A stretch of 58,459 bases of DNA from a virus (lineage: Duplodnaviria; Caudoviricetes): the IMG/VR virus record IMGVR_UViG_3300021957_000042, positions 1-58,459 of that record, one strand, 5' to 3'. The notes under the pieces are model-generated. The model saw only the letters and a list, made by a program, of their open reading frames with translations. It was not told the DNA's origin and ran no database searches. Position numbers and translations under genes: made by a program. Shown here one piece after another: positions 28,479 through 37,132 of the stretch (position 1 is the stretch's first letter; each line of letters begins with the position of its first letter).

Positions 28479-29179
28479 TGAGTACACTTAACCTATTTTC
28501 AATTCCTATTGAGATTAAACATTTAGATTCTGATTTAGTTAATGAAATAGACCAAGAAGTTAAAGCATGTCTTGAAATCAATGATAAGTATTGGTCTTCA
28601 GAGGGACAAATTGGAAGAGGTTCTGATTTCATGGCTTATGATGATCCTAAAACTTTAGGTTCAGGAATAACACATTCAGGATCAAATTTAGATGTTAAGA
28701 TGAATTGGGATTTGTTTTCATCGTATGATTTTTCAACTCTTGAATATGTGATTAAAAATGAGTATCTTGAATATATTAATATACATACGCATTTATTAAC
28801 TGATGTTGTCTGGAGTTCAATTGATAAAACTTCAATTAAACTTGAATCATGGTTATTAAAAAATGATAGTGATGCTTCAGGATTACTTGCTCATCAACAT
28901 GAAAATAGATTTTTAAATTGTGTGTATTATCATGAAATGCCAGATTTGAAAGGACAAGATGGTGGTGAACTAGTATTGTATTCAACAAATCCACTGTTAT
29001 CATTTTATACTTTCAACTCACAGCAAAAAGAATTCATCAATGTTTCGAAAGGAACACTTATTGTTTTTCCTTCATTTTTAGTACATGCTGTAAATTCTTT
29101 ACCAAGAAGTGTGCAATCTAAAAGAATTAGCATATCAACTATTTTATCATTTAATGAAATAAGAAAACTATATGACTGA
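28478..29179 (+). CDS. 2OG-Fe(II) oxygenase-like protein
   Basis: HQH..LNCVYY, GGELVL, GTLIVFPSFLVHAV, RISIS. Confidence 0.8.
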   Translation: MSTLNLFSIPIEIKHLDSDLVNEIDQEVKACLEINDKYWSSEGQIGRGSDFMAYDDPKTLGSGITHSGSNLDVKMNWDLFSSYDFSTLEYVIKNEYLEYINIHTHLLTDVVWSSIDKTSIKLESWLLKNDSDASGLLAHQHENRFLNCVYYHEMPDLKGQDGGELVLYSTNPLLSFYTFNSQQKEFINVSKGTLIVFPSFLVHAVNSLPRSVQSKRISISTILSFNEIRKLYD

Positions 29180-29546
29180 AAAAGATCGTGCTGAATTGAG
29201 ATATAGTTGTGAATATAATTACAAATATAAACTATATAAAGAAGTAACAGCAGGTTTTCTATGTTCATTAGGTATTCGTGATATTTTTCAAGGCTTTGGC
29301 AATCCTCAAAAAGATGAAGGAATAATTGGCATTCTTCATTTAAAATGGACTCTTGATTCAAATGATGGAGTTGGATATTTTAAAAGTATATGGTATGATA
29401 CTGTAGAAGATGCAGCAACTGCCGCCTTTAATATTGAAAATAGTAAAAAAATTGATAGTGTAAAGTGTGTACAAATTGTAAAAGATTTTGTTCGTACCAA
29501 ATATGAAGGCGCAAAACCTGTATCTGATGATGTACTTCTAAACTAA
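29172..29546 (+). CDS. hypothetical protein
   Basis: Overlap-coupled ORF. Confidence 0.65.
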   Translation: MTEKDRAELRYSCEYNYKYKLYKEVTAGFLCSLGIRDIFQGFGNPQKDEGIIGILHLKWTLDSNDGVGYFKSIWYDTVEDAATAAFNIENSKKIDSVKCVQIVKDFVRTKYEGAKPVSDDVLLN

Positions 29547-29554
29547 GGAGATGT

Positions 29555-29878
29555 ATGACAACTGAGCATGTATTTGGCGAGAGAAAAGATTTACCCTTCT
29601 ATCATCGTTTCGAAGAAGGTAGTGATGTTTATGAAAAGTATGGTTCTGGCGATCAATATATCAAGCGATTTGATAATGGCTATTCAACATCAGTAATTCG
29701 CCATGCCACTTCTTATGGTGGAATGAAAGGTCTTTGGGAAATGGCATTATACTACAAAGACCAACAAATTTATGTTGAAGAAATTCAGGGTGAAGATGAA
29801 AATACTGTGATTGGTTGGTTGAGCGAAAATGATGTATTAGATATATTCGAAAAAGTTAAGGAATTAAAACCCAGATAG
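29555..29878 (+). CDS. hypothetical protein
   Basis: AAGGAG RBS; FDNGY..SVI...SYGG..GLWEMA phage-type pattern. Confidence 0.75.
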   Translation: MTTEHVFGERKDLPFYHRFEEGSDVYEKYGSGDQYIKRFDNGYSTSVIRHATSYGGMKGLWEMALYYKDQQIYVEEIQGEDENTVIGWLSENDVLDIFEKVKELKPR

Positions 29879-29974
29879 GCGTATGGAGCCCGAAGAATAT
29901 ATTCTAATTGTTAGTGCGGCAGGAGCAATCGTTGCCGCAATCACTATTATAATTTTATTATTTTTATAGGTAAG

Positions 29975-30127
29975 ATGAAATACTCAATTTTGATTTTTTT
30001 TAGTCTTTTTATTTTTGGCTGTGGTTTAATACCTGAAGATGAACGTTATCACTCTAACGAGAGTATTAACAGTGATGATAATGCATCTGTGAACAACCGA
30101 GAGGTATTGGCAATCTTTCGAAAATAG
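29975..30127 (+). CDS. Small lipoprotein, 50 aa (not in ORF track)
   Basis: MKYSILIFFSLFIFGC lipobox; carries NES and DNAS sequons. Confidence 0.6.
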   Translation: MKYSILIFFSLFIFGCGLIPEDERYHSNESINSDDNASVNNREVLAIFRK

Positions 30128-30161
30128 TTCTTGACATTCATAAATTCAACTGCTATGATCT
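30120..30161 (+). promoter_or_regulatory. Early promoter (degenerate repeat copy)
   Basis: GAAAATAGTTCTTGACA-17 nt-TATGATC. Confidence 0.8.
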
Positions 30162-30188
30162 AAGAGTCAATAAATTCTTATGGAGTAA

Positions 30189-31073
30189 ATGATGATGCGA
30201 AAGCAGAACGCCATCGGAATGATGGTGGGACTTGCAATCGGTGATGCAATGGGTTCAGCACTTGAATTCATGCCAATGAGAGACCGTGGCAATTTCATCA
30301 CAGACTATCAGAAAAGTCCTACATTTCCAATTGCCGCAGGACAGTGGACAGATGATACAAGCATGGCACTAGCCCTTGCTGATTCCATCATTGAGAATGA
30401 TGGTGAATGGACTCCACCTGCAGCAATGCAGAACTTTCTTGACTGGTATCAAGCTGGTAGGTTTTCTGCAATTGACCATTGTTTTGATATTGGTAATACT
30501 TGCCGGACTTCGATTGAAAACTGGATGTTAGATACTGCAAATCCTTATCAAGGTAGCACAGATCCAAATACATCTGGCAATGGCGCATTGATGAGAATGG
30601 CACCCGTGATTATATCATCTTGTACATTACAAGAGGCAAGAAGAAAAGCAGAAGAACAAACACTATTAACACATGGAAGTTCAGAATGTATAAAATATTC
30701 CCGTGCATTTGCCTATGAATTGTTCTACTATCGTTATGCTCCGTCACTTGAAGTTGATTTTAAGATTCCTCGTGAGCATGTAAAAACTACTGGCTATGTG
30801 AAAGATAGTTACGAAGCTGCCTGGTGGGCAGTCAAGAATGGTAAGGACTTTGAATCAACAATCATCAAAGCAATCAATCTTGGTGGTGATGCAGATACTA
30901 TTGGTGCAATTGCAGGACAAATTGCCGGTGCCTTGTATGGTGCAAATAACATACCTGATTGGATGAAAAATGGTTTATATGAATATAAAATGATTGAAAA
31001 TACTGCAATCAAACTTTTTAATATTGCAAGAAAGAGAGAAAAGTATGAACGAGAAATCAGACTCATCAATTGA
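30189..31073 (+). CDS. ADP-ribosylglycohydrolase (DraG/ARH family)
   Basis: GLAIGDAMG, WTDDTSMAL, DIGNT, GNGALMR, GGDADTIGAIAGQIAGA. Confidence 0.93.
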   Translation: MMMRKQNAIGMMVGLAIGDAMGSALEFMPMRDRGNFITDYQKSPTFPIAAGQWTDDTSMALALADSIIENDGEWTPPAAMQNFLDWYQAGRFSAIDHCFDIGNTCRTSIENWMLDTANPYQGSTDPNTSGNGALMRMAPVIISSCTLQEARRKAEEQTLLTHGSSECIKYSRAFAYELFYYRYAPSLEVDFKIPREHVKTTGYVKDSYEAAWWAVKNGKDFESTIIKAINLGGDADTIGAIAGQIAGALYGANNIPDWMKNGLYEYKMIENTAIKLFNIARKREKYEREIRLIN

Positions 31074-31692
31074 TGTATTAAAAAAGACCATTCTTGCAAT
31101 GGATGATCTTACATTGGATCAAGCAGAAGACGTTATTGATAAGTTTGCACCACAAGTTTATGGTTTTAAATTTAATCATATACTTTATCCATATGTGATC
31201 AAAGATGGCATATTTGCTTTTGCAGATTATAAATTGTTTGATACACCAAGAACAGTTGAATTAGTAGTCAAACATTTGATTGATACCGGTGCAGAAATGG
31301 TCACCGTTCATATGACAAACAATGATGCGACCTTAGATGTTTTGTCAAAGTATGTTGATATGATCAAGATTGTTGGTGTGTCTGTTCTGACAAGCTGGGC
31401 GAATGTTGATTGTTTGTGGAAATTAGGATTACAACCAGAACAAGTGTACGAACATTCTGTAACTGAAATGGAAACTCGAGGCTTTTGGGGAATGATTTGT
31501 TCAGCCAACGAATTAAAACTTTCAATGGTTGAAAAATCAAATCTTAAAAAGATTTGTCCAGGTATTCGTACAGGTAAAAACACTGATAAAACAGATGCAA
31601 AACAGCAGGTGAGAATTGCAACACCTGAACAAGCTTTCAGTGATGGTGCTGATTTTATTGTTCAAGGTAGAAGTTTTTTCAATAATTATTAA
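31045..31692 (+). CDS. pyrF: Orotidine 5'-phosphate decarboxylase
   Basis: ILAMD, DYKLFDTPRT (DxKxxD), TVH, VSVLTS, CPGIR, QVRIATP, GADFIVQGR. Confidence 0.88.
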   Translation: MNEKSDSSIDVLKKTILAMDDLTLDQAEDVIDKFAPQVYGFKFNHILYPYVIKDGIFAFADYKLFDTPRTVELVVKHLIDTGAEMVTVHMTNNDATLDVLSKYVDMIKIVGVSVLTSWANVDCLWKLGLQPEQVYEHSVTEMETRGFWGMICSANELKLSMVEKSNLKKICPGIRTGKNTDKTDAKQQVRIATPEQAFSDGADFIVQGRSFFNNY

Positions 31693-31703
31693 AAAGGTAT
31701 ATT

Positions 31704-31919
31704 ATGTCAGATAAAACTAAACGCCGAGAAAGTAAAAGAAAACTAGTTGCTCGTACAATGGATCAACAGATTGATAAGATGATTAAAGTATCTACAGAAC
31801 ATAAAGTTCCGGAAACTACAGTTGACCGTAAAATTGAAAACATGCTTGATTTCTTTCAAACAAAACATAATTTGAAAAGCAGAGATAATATCATATTCAA
31901 ACTGATGAATCACGGATGA
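31704..31919 (+). CDS. hypothetical protein
   Basis: AAGG RBS. Confidence 0.65.
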   Translation: MSDKTKRRESKRKLVARTMDQQIDKMIKVSTEHKVPETTVDRKIENMLDFFQTKHNLKSRDNIIFKLMNHG

Positions 31920-31926
31920 AGAATTC

Positions 31927-32001
31927 GTGCCCATAGTTAAACGGATATAACAGTGGATTTCTACTCCTCTATTCCAGGTTCGATTCCTGGTGGGCGCACC
32001 A
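31927..32001 (+). tRNA. tRNA-Arg(UCU)
   Basis: Acceptor GTGCCCA/TGGGCGC, D arm, anticodon loop TTTCTAC, GGTTCGATTCC T arm, encoded CCA. Confidence 0.9.
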
Positions 32002-32026
32002 TGAGATTGCCAACACCGGCAATACA

Positions 32027-32065
32027 CTAGAGCATAGGCTCTTATACCTATGTTTTAGTTTTTTT
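32027..32065 (+). terminator. Intrinsic terminator after tRNA
   Basis: ctagagcatagg...cctatgttttag followed by T-run. Confidence 0.6.
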
Positions 32066-32109
32066 GAAGCTTCCTAAAACGAAGCTAAATCCTTAACCGG
32101 AGAATTAAT

Positions 32110-33399
32110 ATGTCAAACCAATTATCTTTTACCATGCTGCAAGAAATTGCTGAAAGTGATACCCCACATGTTAATATTCGAATGTTACAAGCACAAGGTA
32201 TATTTACCATAGAGGATGCAAGTATTAGCAGAGAACATTATCCAGTCCGAAGAGTTTCACATCATGAATTCTATGATGTGAACGTCCTTGAAGCCAAAAA
32301 CTTAGTACTTACTCAACCGTCCGCATTAGTTGATATGAATAAGATTATAGTGGAGGGTTCGACTGACGTTTCACAAAATCATGTGTGGAGAGGTAAGTTG
32401 AATCCTGAAATTGATAATCTTCATCGAAAACTTGAAAGAGGATGGGAACTTTGGCGACCTCCAATCATTTTGCATAAAACTGATGATGAAAAATATACAG
32501 TTGTTGATGGACGTACACGTTTGATTTATCTTCGTGAAATCGGCCATCAGAATGTTATTGCAGATATCCTTGAAACAAAAGATCATGAATCTGATGTTGA
32601 GACTTCGATTGATGATATGCAGATGAAAGGAAATATTTCCGGACATGATACCCGTGGTAAAGCAAACAAAGAAGATGCTATTACCTTCTTGCAATCACAA
32701 ATGACAAAAGGTAGAATCAAGAAAGATTCTCACGGCAATCCACATTATGCACAAACTGTAAATGTTGCTCAGGATGTTTTTGGTGATTATTTTACCTCAG
32801 ATACATTGAGTGAGATTGTAAACAAAGCAATGTTTACTTGGCCAGGAGCTTCTTTTAATATACGTTGTTTTAAAGATAAGGCAGCAGTAAGGCATTGGGC
32901 TACTTCTGATGGTAGGCATTATAAAGATTTGGCGCCTGATGTGGCTGCAAATGGTGAAGTTGTTCGACGTGGTATTCATTATTTTTATTATGATGTTAGT
33001 CAACCTCGCAATTTTGTTAAATCATTAGCAGATGATCTAGACAAGTACCCATTTGAACAATATGAATATAGAGTATTGTTATTTCAAAAGATACCTGAGT
33101 CCGTGAATACTATTAGTAAATTTAATAAAAATCGAGATGGTTTTATTTCAGACGTTAATGGTATCTTAACTAAAATCTCAAAATGTTGGTTTAATAGTGC
33201 GCCTGTCAATTTGTTTAATAATCCAAATATTGCAATTTATGGCATGGCATCATCAATTGGAGAAGTTCATAATTTAGATGAGCTTATTCTCTTTAATAAT
33301 CATGATGATAATTCAAAGCCAACTTGGTATCAAAAGAATCCACCTAAAGGTGTTTCTGAAGATGCCTTGTTAACTCATTGTTATAATGATGATTGTTGA
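32110..33399 (+). CDS. ParB/Srx-like N-terminal domain protein
   Basis: GW...PPIIL...YTVVDGRTRL pattern. Confidence 0.65.
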   Translation: MSNQLSFTMLQEIAESDTPHVNIRMLQAQGIFTIEDASISREHYPVRRVSHHEFYDVNVLEAKNLVLTQPSALVDMNKIIVEGSTDVSQNHVWRGKLNPEIDNLHRKLERGWELWRPPIILHKTDDEKYTVVDGRTRLIYLREIGHQNVIADILETKDHESDVETSIDDMQMKGNISGHDTRGKANKEDAITFLQSQMTKGRIKKDSHGNPHYAQTVNVAQDVFGDYFTSDTLSEIVNKAMFTWPGASFNIRCFKDKAAVRHWATSDGRHYKDLAPDVAANGEVVRRGIHYFYYDVSQPRNFVKSLADDLDKYPFEQYEYRVLLFQKIPESVNTISKFNKNRDGFISDVNGILTKISKCWFNSAPVNLFNNPNIAIYGMASSIGEVHNLDELILFNNHDDNSKPTWYQKNPPKGVSEDALLTHCYNDDC

Positions 33400-33408
33400 T
33401 TAATTTAT

Positions 33409-33470
33409 TGGCACTCTTTCGAGAGTGCTATAAATACTGTAAAGAAATTTAATTGATTAATTCTTTACGG
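33409..33470 (+). promoter_or_regulatory. UUCG hairpin, late promoter TATAAATA (33429) and second hairpin over the RBS
   Basis: gcactct-ttcg-agagtgc; TATAAATA; ctgtaaagaa...ttctttacgg. Confidence 0.65.
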
Positions 33471-33478
33471 GGTAACAT

Positions 33479-33838
33479 ATGACAGTAGATAAAAGAAAAC
33501 AATTGATGGAAGCAGTTCAATCAATTGAACGATGTGAAAATACAATCGTTCAAGAAATCAAAAGATGTCCAGAAGAAAATTCTGAATTGCAAGATGCTCT
33601 AGGAACTCTTCGTATTCAACTCCTAAAAATTCTATATCCTTTTAACATGCAAAGAGCCAAGTATGGCCTTGAGCGCAGGGCTGATCCAGAAGTCAGTAGC
33701 ATGTCATCAAGAAGGAAATTTCCTCGTAGAGAAAAACCAAGAGACGGTGGTACAGACCGCAGAAGCAGTGTGGATCGCAGGTCTTCTGATATCTATGGTA
33801 TTGGCATGGATCGTCAGTCTCGTCCAATGTTTAGCTGA
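33479..33838 (+). CDS. hypothetical protein with RRxxxR / DRRxxxDRR motifs
   Basis: RRKFPRR, DRRSSVDRR. Confidence 0.7.
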   Translation: MTVDKRKQLMEAVQSIERCENTIVQEIKRCPEENSELQDALGTLRIQLLKILYPFNMQRAKYGLERRADPEVSSMSSRRKFPRREKPRDGGTDRRSSVDRRSSDIYGIGMDRQSRPMFS

Positions 33839-33885
33839 TGAGAGATGCCAACGGATACCCCATTCGAACAGAGAAAGGGAAAATT

Positions 33886-33987
33886 ATGAAGTTTATTGAG
33901 ATGTACAAAGAACAACCTTTGGTCGCCAAGATATTTTATCCCTACTTGGCGTTCATGATTATCACAACAGCAATTGAATTTTTTTGA
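33886..33987 (+). CDS. Small membrane peptide, 33 aa (not in ORF track)
   Basis: MKFIEMYKEQPLVAKIFYPYLAFMIITTAIEFF; AAGGGA RBS. Confidence 0.45.
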   Translation: MKFIEMYKEQPLVAKIFYPYLAFMIITTAIEFF

Positions 33988-34032
33988 AAAAAGTTCTTGA
34001 CTTTCCTGTTTGGTCTGATATGATCTGATCAT
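33986..34032 (+). promoter_or_regulatory. Repeated early promoter, copy 6
   Basis: GAAAAAAGTTCTTGACTTTCCTG...GTCTGATATGATCTGATCAT. Confidence 0.85.
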
Positions 34033-34079
34033 GTTGAGCGAGACCGCTCCCTGACCCAACACTCCTTCGGAGATTCGCA

Positions 34080-35618
34080 ATGACACCTACCAACGAACAA
34101 CAAGCAATCTTGAACGATTTCAACATGACTGATGAGAACATCAAAGTTCTCGCACTTGCAGGAACCGGCAAGACCTCCACTCTGCTTGAGCTTGTTTTGC
34201 AGAATCCCGGATTGACTTTCCTCTACATGGCATTCAACAAAGCAGTGAAAGTTGAAGTTGAAGCCAAAGCCCGCAAGGCAAACATCACCAACCTCAAAGT
34301 CAAGACTCAGAACGGCTTCTGCCTTGAGCTTGCAAGAGGCGCCGGTCTTCAGACTCGCAACATCAAAGGCTACATGTCTGCGAAAGATACTGGAACACGC
34401 CTCGGTCTGGTTGGCCCCGACCGCTACCTTGCATACCCAGCATTTCAGATCATGACACGTTTCATGATTTCCCGTGATACTGAAATGACCATGCATCATA
34501 TTCCAAAAGATGTTGAAGAAAGAATGTACAACAATGTTCGCCGCTACGGCAAGAACATGGATGAGAGTGCAATTCTTCGTGAGACAGTCGAGAGAATGAA
34601 GTCCGCACTCAACATTGCTCGACGCTTGTTTGCTTCTTTCAACTTCAATAGTGATATCATGCTGCATGATGCATATGTCAAGCTTGTTCAAATGCATTAC
34701 AACGAAGTGCCTGTCACAGAAGATGTTGTGTTGCTTGATGAGGCACAAGATATCAATCCTGTGTTCAGTGATATTGCTTCACGTTTCACCGCTCGTACAA
34801 TTGCTGTTGGTGATAACAACCAAGCTATCTACCAGTTTCGTGGTGCAAAAGACTATTTGAAAGAAATGCAAACAGAACAAGTTTTCACCTTGACACAATC
34901 TTTCCGCTTTTTGCCAGAGATTGCCGACAAGGCAAACTTGTTGCTTCAGCATATGACCGACCTTCGCCTGAAAGGTTTCGAAGATGTCAAAGAAGAAGAT
35001 ACTTCAGCGATTCTTTGCCGCAGCAACATGGGATGTTTGACAGAAGCCCTCAACTTGCTCGAAACAGACACCAAGTTTGTTCTTGAGGGTGGTGTTGACA
35101 ACGAAGGTTTCAAAATGATTGCTGACCTCGTTTCTTTAAATGAAGGCCGCACCAGTGATGTTCAGCATCCTGACCTGAGAGGCATCCGGAACATGATTGA
35201 TTTTGAAGCCGAGCTAGAGCAGGAATTACTAAATAAAGAATGGAAAACAGCCATGAAAGTGATTGACAAGATGGGTGGCTTTGACAAAGCACTTGATGTT
35301 ATCCATGAGATCAAAGCAACTCAGAAAAACCTTCCTGATAATGCAGTGGTAATCACCACAATGCACAAGTCAAAAGGCAAAGAATGGAATTCAGTTCGCA
35401 TCTCCGATGATGCTGAGAATGCCTTCTATACTTCTGAAATTGATGCTGCTGGAAGAAGAATTCGTATAGCAATTCCCTTTGAGAAAGCACCAGTGATGGA
35501 ACAGAATTTATTCTATGTTGCAGTGACTCGAGCCAAGCGCAATCTTGAAGTTGGTATCTGCGAAAGATTGTTTGTAGAACCAGCTGCCGCAAACACTGAG
35601 ATTGCCGAAGCAGCATAA
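34080..35618 (+). CDS. UvrD/Rep-family SF1 helicase
   Basis: ALAGTGKT, AFNK, LLDEAQD, VGD..QAIYQFRGA, SFRF, HKSKGKEW, YVAVTRAK. Confidence 0.92.
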   Translation: MTPTNEQQAILNDFNMTDENIKVLALAGTGKTSTLLELVLQNPGLTFLYMAFNKAVKVEVEAKARKANITNLKVKTQNGFCLELARGAGLQTRNIKGYMSAKDTGTRLGLVGPDRYLAYPAFQIMTRFMISRDTEMTMHHIPKDVEERMYNNVRRYGKNMDESAILRETVERMKSALNIARRLFASFNFNSDIMLHDAYVKLVQMHYNEVPVTEDVVLLDEAQDINPVFSDIASRFTARTIAVGDNNQAIYQFRGAKDYLKEMQTEQVFTLTQSFRFLPEIADKANLLLQHMTDLRLKGFEDVKEEDTSAILCRSNMGCLTEALNLLETDTKFVLEGGVDNEGFKMIADLVSLNEGRTSDVQHPDLRGIRNMIDFEAELEQELLNKEWKTAMKVIDKMGGFDKALDVIHEIKATQKNLPDNAVVITTMHKSKGKEWNSVRISDDAENAFYTSEIDAAGRRIRIAIPFEKAPVMEQNLFYVAVTRAKRNLEVGICERLFVEPAAANTEIAEAA

Positions 35619-35626
35619 AATAAACC

Positions 35627-35655
35627 AAAAGAGGGAATTTTTCCCTCTTTTTTTT
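35627..35655 (+). terminator. Intrinsic terminator
   Basis: aaaagagggaa-ttt-ttccctctttt plus T-run. Confidence 0.8.
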
Positions 35656-35658
35656 CTC

Positions 35659-35690
35659 CTCATTCTTAGATAAATATAAATAAGAATGAG
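35659..35690 (+). promoter_or_regulatory. Late promoter TATAAATA (35675) within a 10-bp inverted repeat
   Basis: ctcattctta...taagaatgag. Confidence 0.6.
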
Positions 35691-35717
35691 ATAACTTAAA
35701 TAAAAGGAACTAATAAT

Positions 35718-36236
35718 ATGAAAAAATTCATCATTTCAATTGCAGCACTGTTTGTGATTTCAACACCAGTTTTTGCAGATAGCCATGAAGGTGGATATGA
35801 GGTGCCGTGTATACAATGTGAAGAAAAAGAAGAAGCACCAAAAGGATTATCAGATCTAAAACCAGAATTACTTAAAGAAGAAGAATTAGCATTTGATGCA
35901 TCAAAACTTTCACCAGAAGGTTTCCCAAAAGTTCCATATCCCACAGCAATGATTGGACAATTCATGACCTTTTGTGTGAACATCATGAATCAGAGGTTCT
36001 ATCAGGAGAGGTTACCCCAGCAAGTTGCCTATGCCTCTTCTGCATTTATCTGTTCTTGTGTGATGGATAGTTATCGTGATAAAAATCAACAAGCAGAATT
36101 TCAATATGAGTTTACTCGAAAAACTGCTAAAGAAGTTCCTTTGTTTACAGACTATCTAAAAACTTGTACAACATTGAATAATAAAAATTTGTCAGCATTT
36201 TTTCCAAATAATTCTAGAACACAATTTAACCAATAA
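35718..36236 (+). CDS. Exported hypothetical protein
   Basis: Sec signal peptide MKKFIISIAALFVISTPVFA. Confidence 0.75.
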   Translation: MKKFIISIAALFVISTPVFADSHEGGYEVPCIQCEEKEEAPKGLSDLKPELLKEEELAFDASKLSPEGFPKVPYPTAMIGQFMTFCVNIMNQRFYQERLPQQVAYASSAFICSCVMDSYRDKNQQAEFQYEFTRKTAKEVPLFTDYLKTCTTLNNKNLSAFFPNNSRTQFNQ

Positions 36237-36242
36237 TCTAAA

Positions 36243-37115
36243 ATGACTTCAGTCCGTGTATCAAATATTGAATATCCAACTCGGTTTGCAAAGGATCAAA
36301 TAACATTTAAAGTACCCGACAATAGTCGGGTTTACTTGTTTAATCTAAGAACTCAGTTTATTAGCCAAGTTGCTTTTAAAGTGGGTACACTTGATACAGT
36401 TGGTCCTGTAAGTGGCGCCGTTAATCGTTATAATGCCAGTGTTCAGGCAGATATTGCCTCAGATACCGGTATTCAAAATGTTGACGGAACCATTGAGAAA
36501 AAGGAACAAATTGTAATGCGAGATTACTATATGGGTAGATCTTATGGTGCTGATTTGTATGTGACTGATGGATATTCAGCATCTGAAAAAACCTGGATCA
36601 TTTCAAATGCTATTGAGAACATTCGTTTTTCTCAAAGAATATGTGATGTTCCAGCAGCAGTTAGTTCAGATGAGTGGGGTAACCTTTGGTATCAAGAAGA
36701 CCAAAAACAACTTGAAAAAAGTTCATATACTTTCTTTGCTGATCAAGTTGTATACGATGCACAACTAAAAGACCGTTTTTGGGGCGTAAAAGGTACGGAG
36801 CATAAAATTAAAATCAAGTATGACCGATGGCCAAATAATGTTATGCCTGATATGTCACCAATAACTTTTCCATATACAAAATATTATAATGGTGTAGAGT
36901 ATGCTGTAGATTTTGACAGAAGTGAGTTTCTAGATTATGCTGATTCAAGAAGAGTTTCGAAATTAATTATGAGTGGTAAAACATGGCTACAAAGATTTGC
37001 GGATAAAAAATTCTTAATTTTGTTTAGACCGAATCATATAAATAGTAACCCAAGAATATTATACGGAATACCGGTAGCGGATCTTCGCTATCATGATTCA
37101 GATAAAAAGAGGTAA
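36243..37115 (+). CDS. hypothetical protein
   Basis: 290-aa ORF. Confidence 0.75.
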   Translation: MTSVRVSNIEYPTRFAKDQITFKVPDNSRVYLFNLRTQFISQVAFKVGTLDTVGPVSGAVNRYNASVQADIASDTGIQNVDGTIEKKEQIVMRDYYMGRSYGADLYVTDGYSASEKTWIISNAIENIRFSQRICDVPAAVSSDEWGNLWYQEDQKQLEKSSYTFFADQVVYDAQLKDRFWGVKGTEHKIKIKYDRWPNNVMPDMSPITFPYTKYYNGVEYAVDFDRSEFLDYADSRRVSKLIMSGKTWLQRFADKKFLILFRPNHINSNPRILYGIPVADLRYHDSDKKR

Positions 37116-37132
37116 AAATATAGGAGTTTATA

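Noticed and set aside
31927-32001. tRNA as an amber (CUA) suppressor implying stop-codon recoding
   Set aside because: Stem pairing centres the 7-nt loop TTTCTAC on TCT (Arg), and genes are intact under the standard code
34029-34748. 239-aa minus-strand ORF
   Set aside because: It is an antisense shadow of the helicase, favoured by the higher GC, with no recognisable motifs
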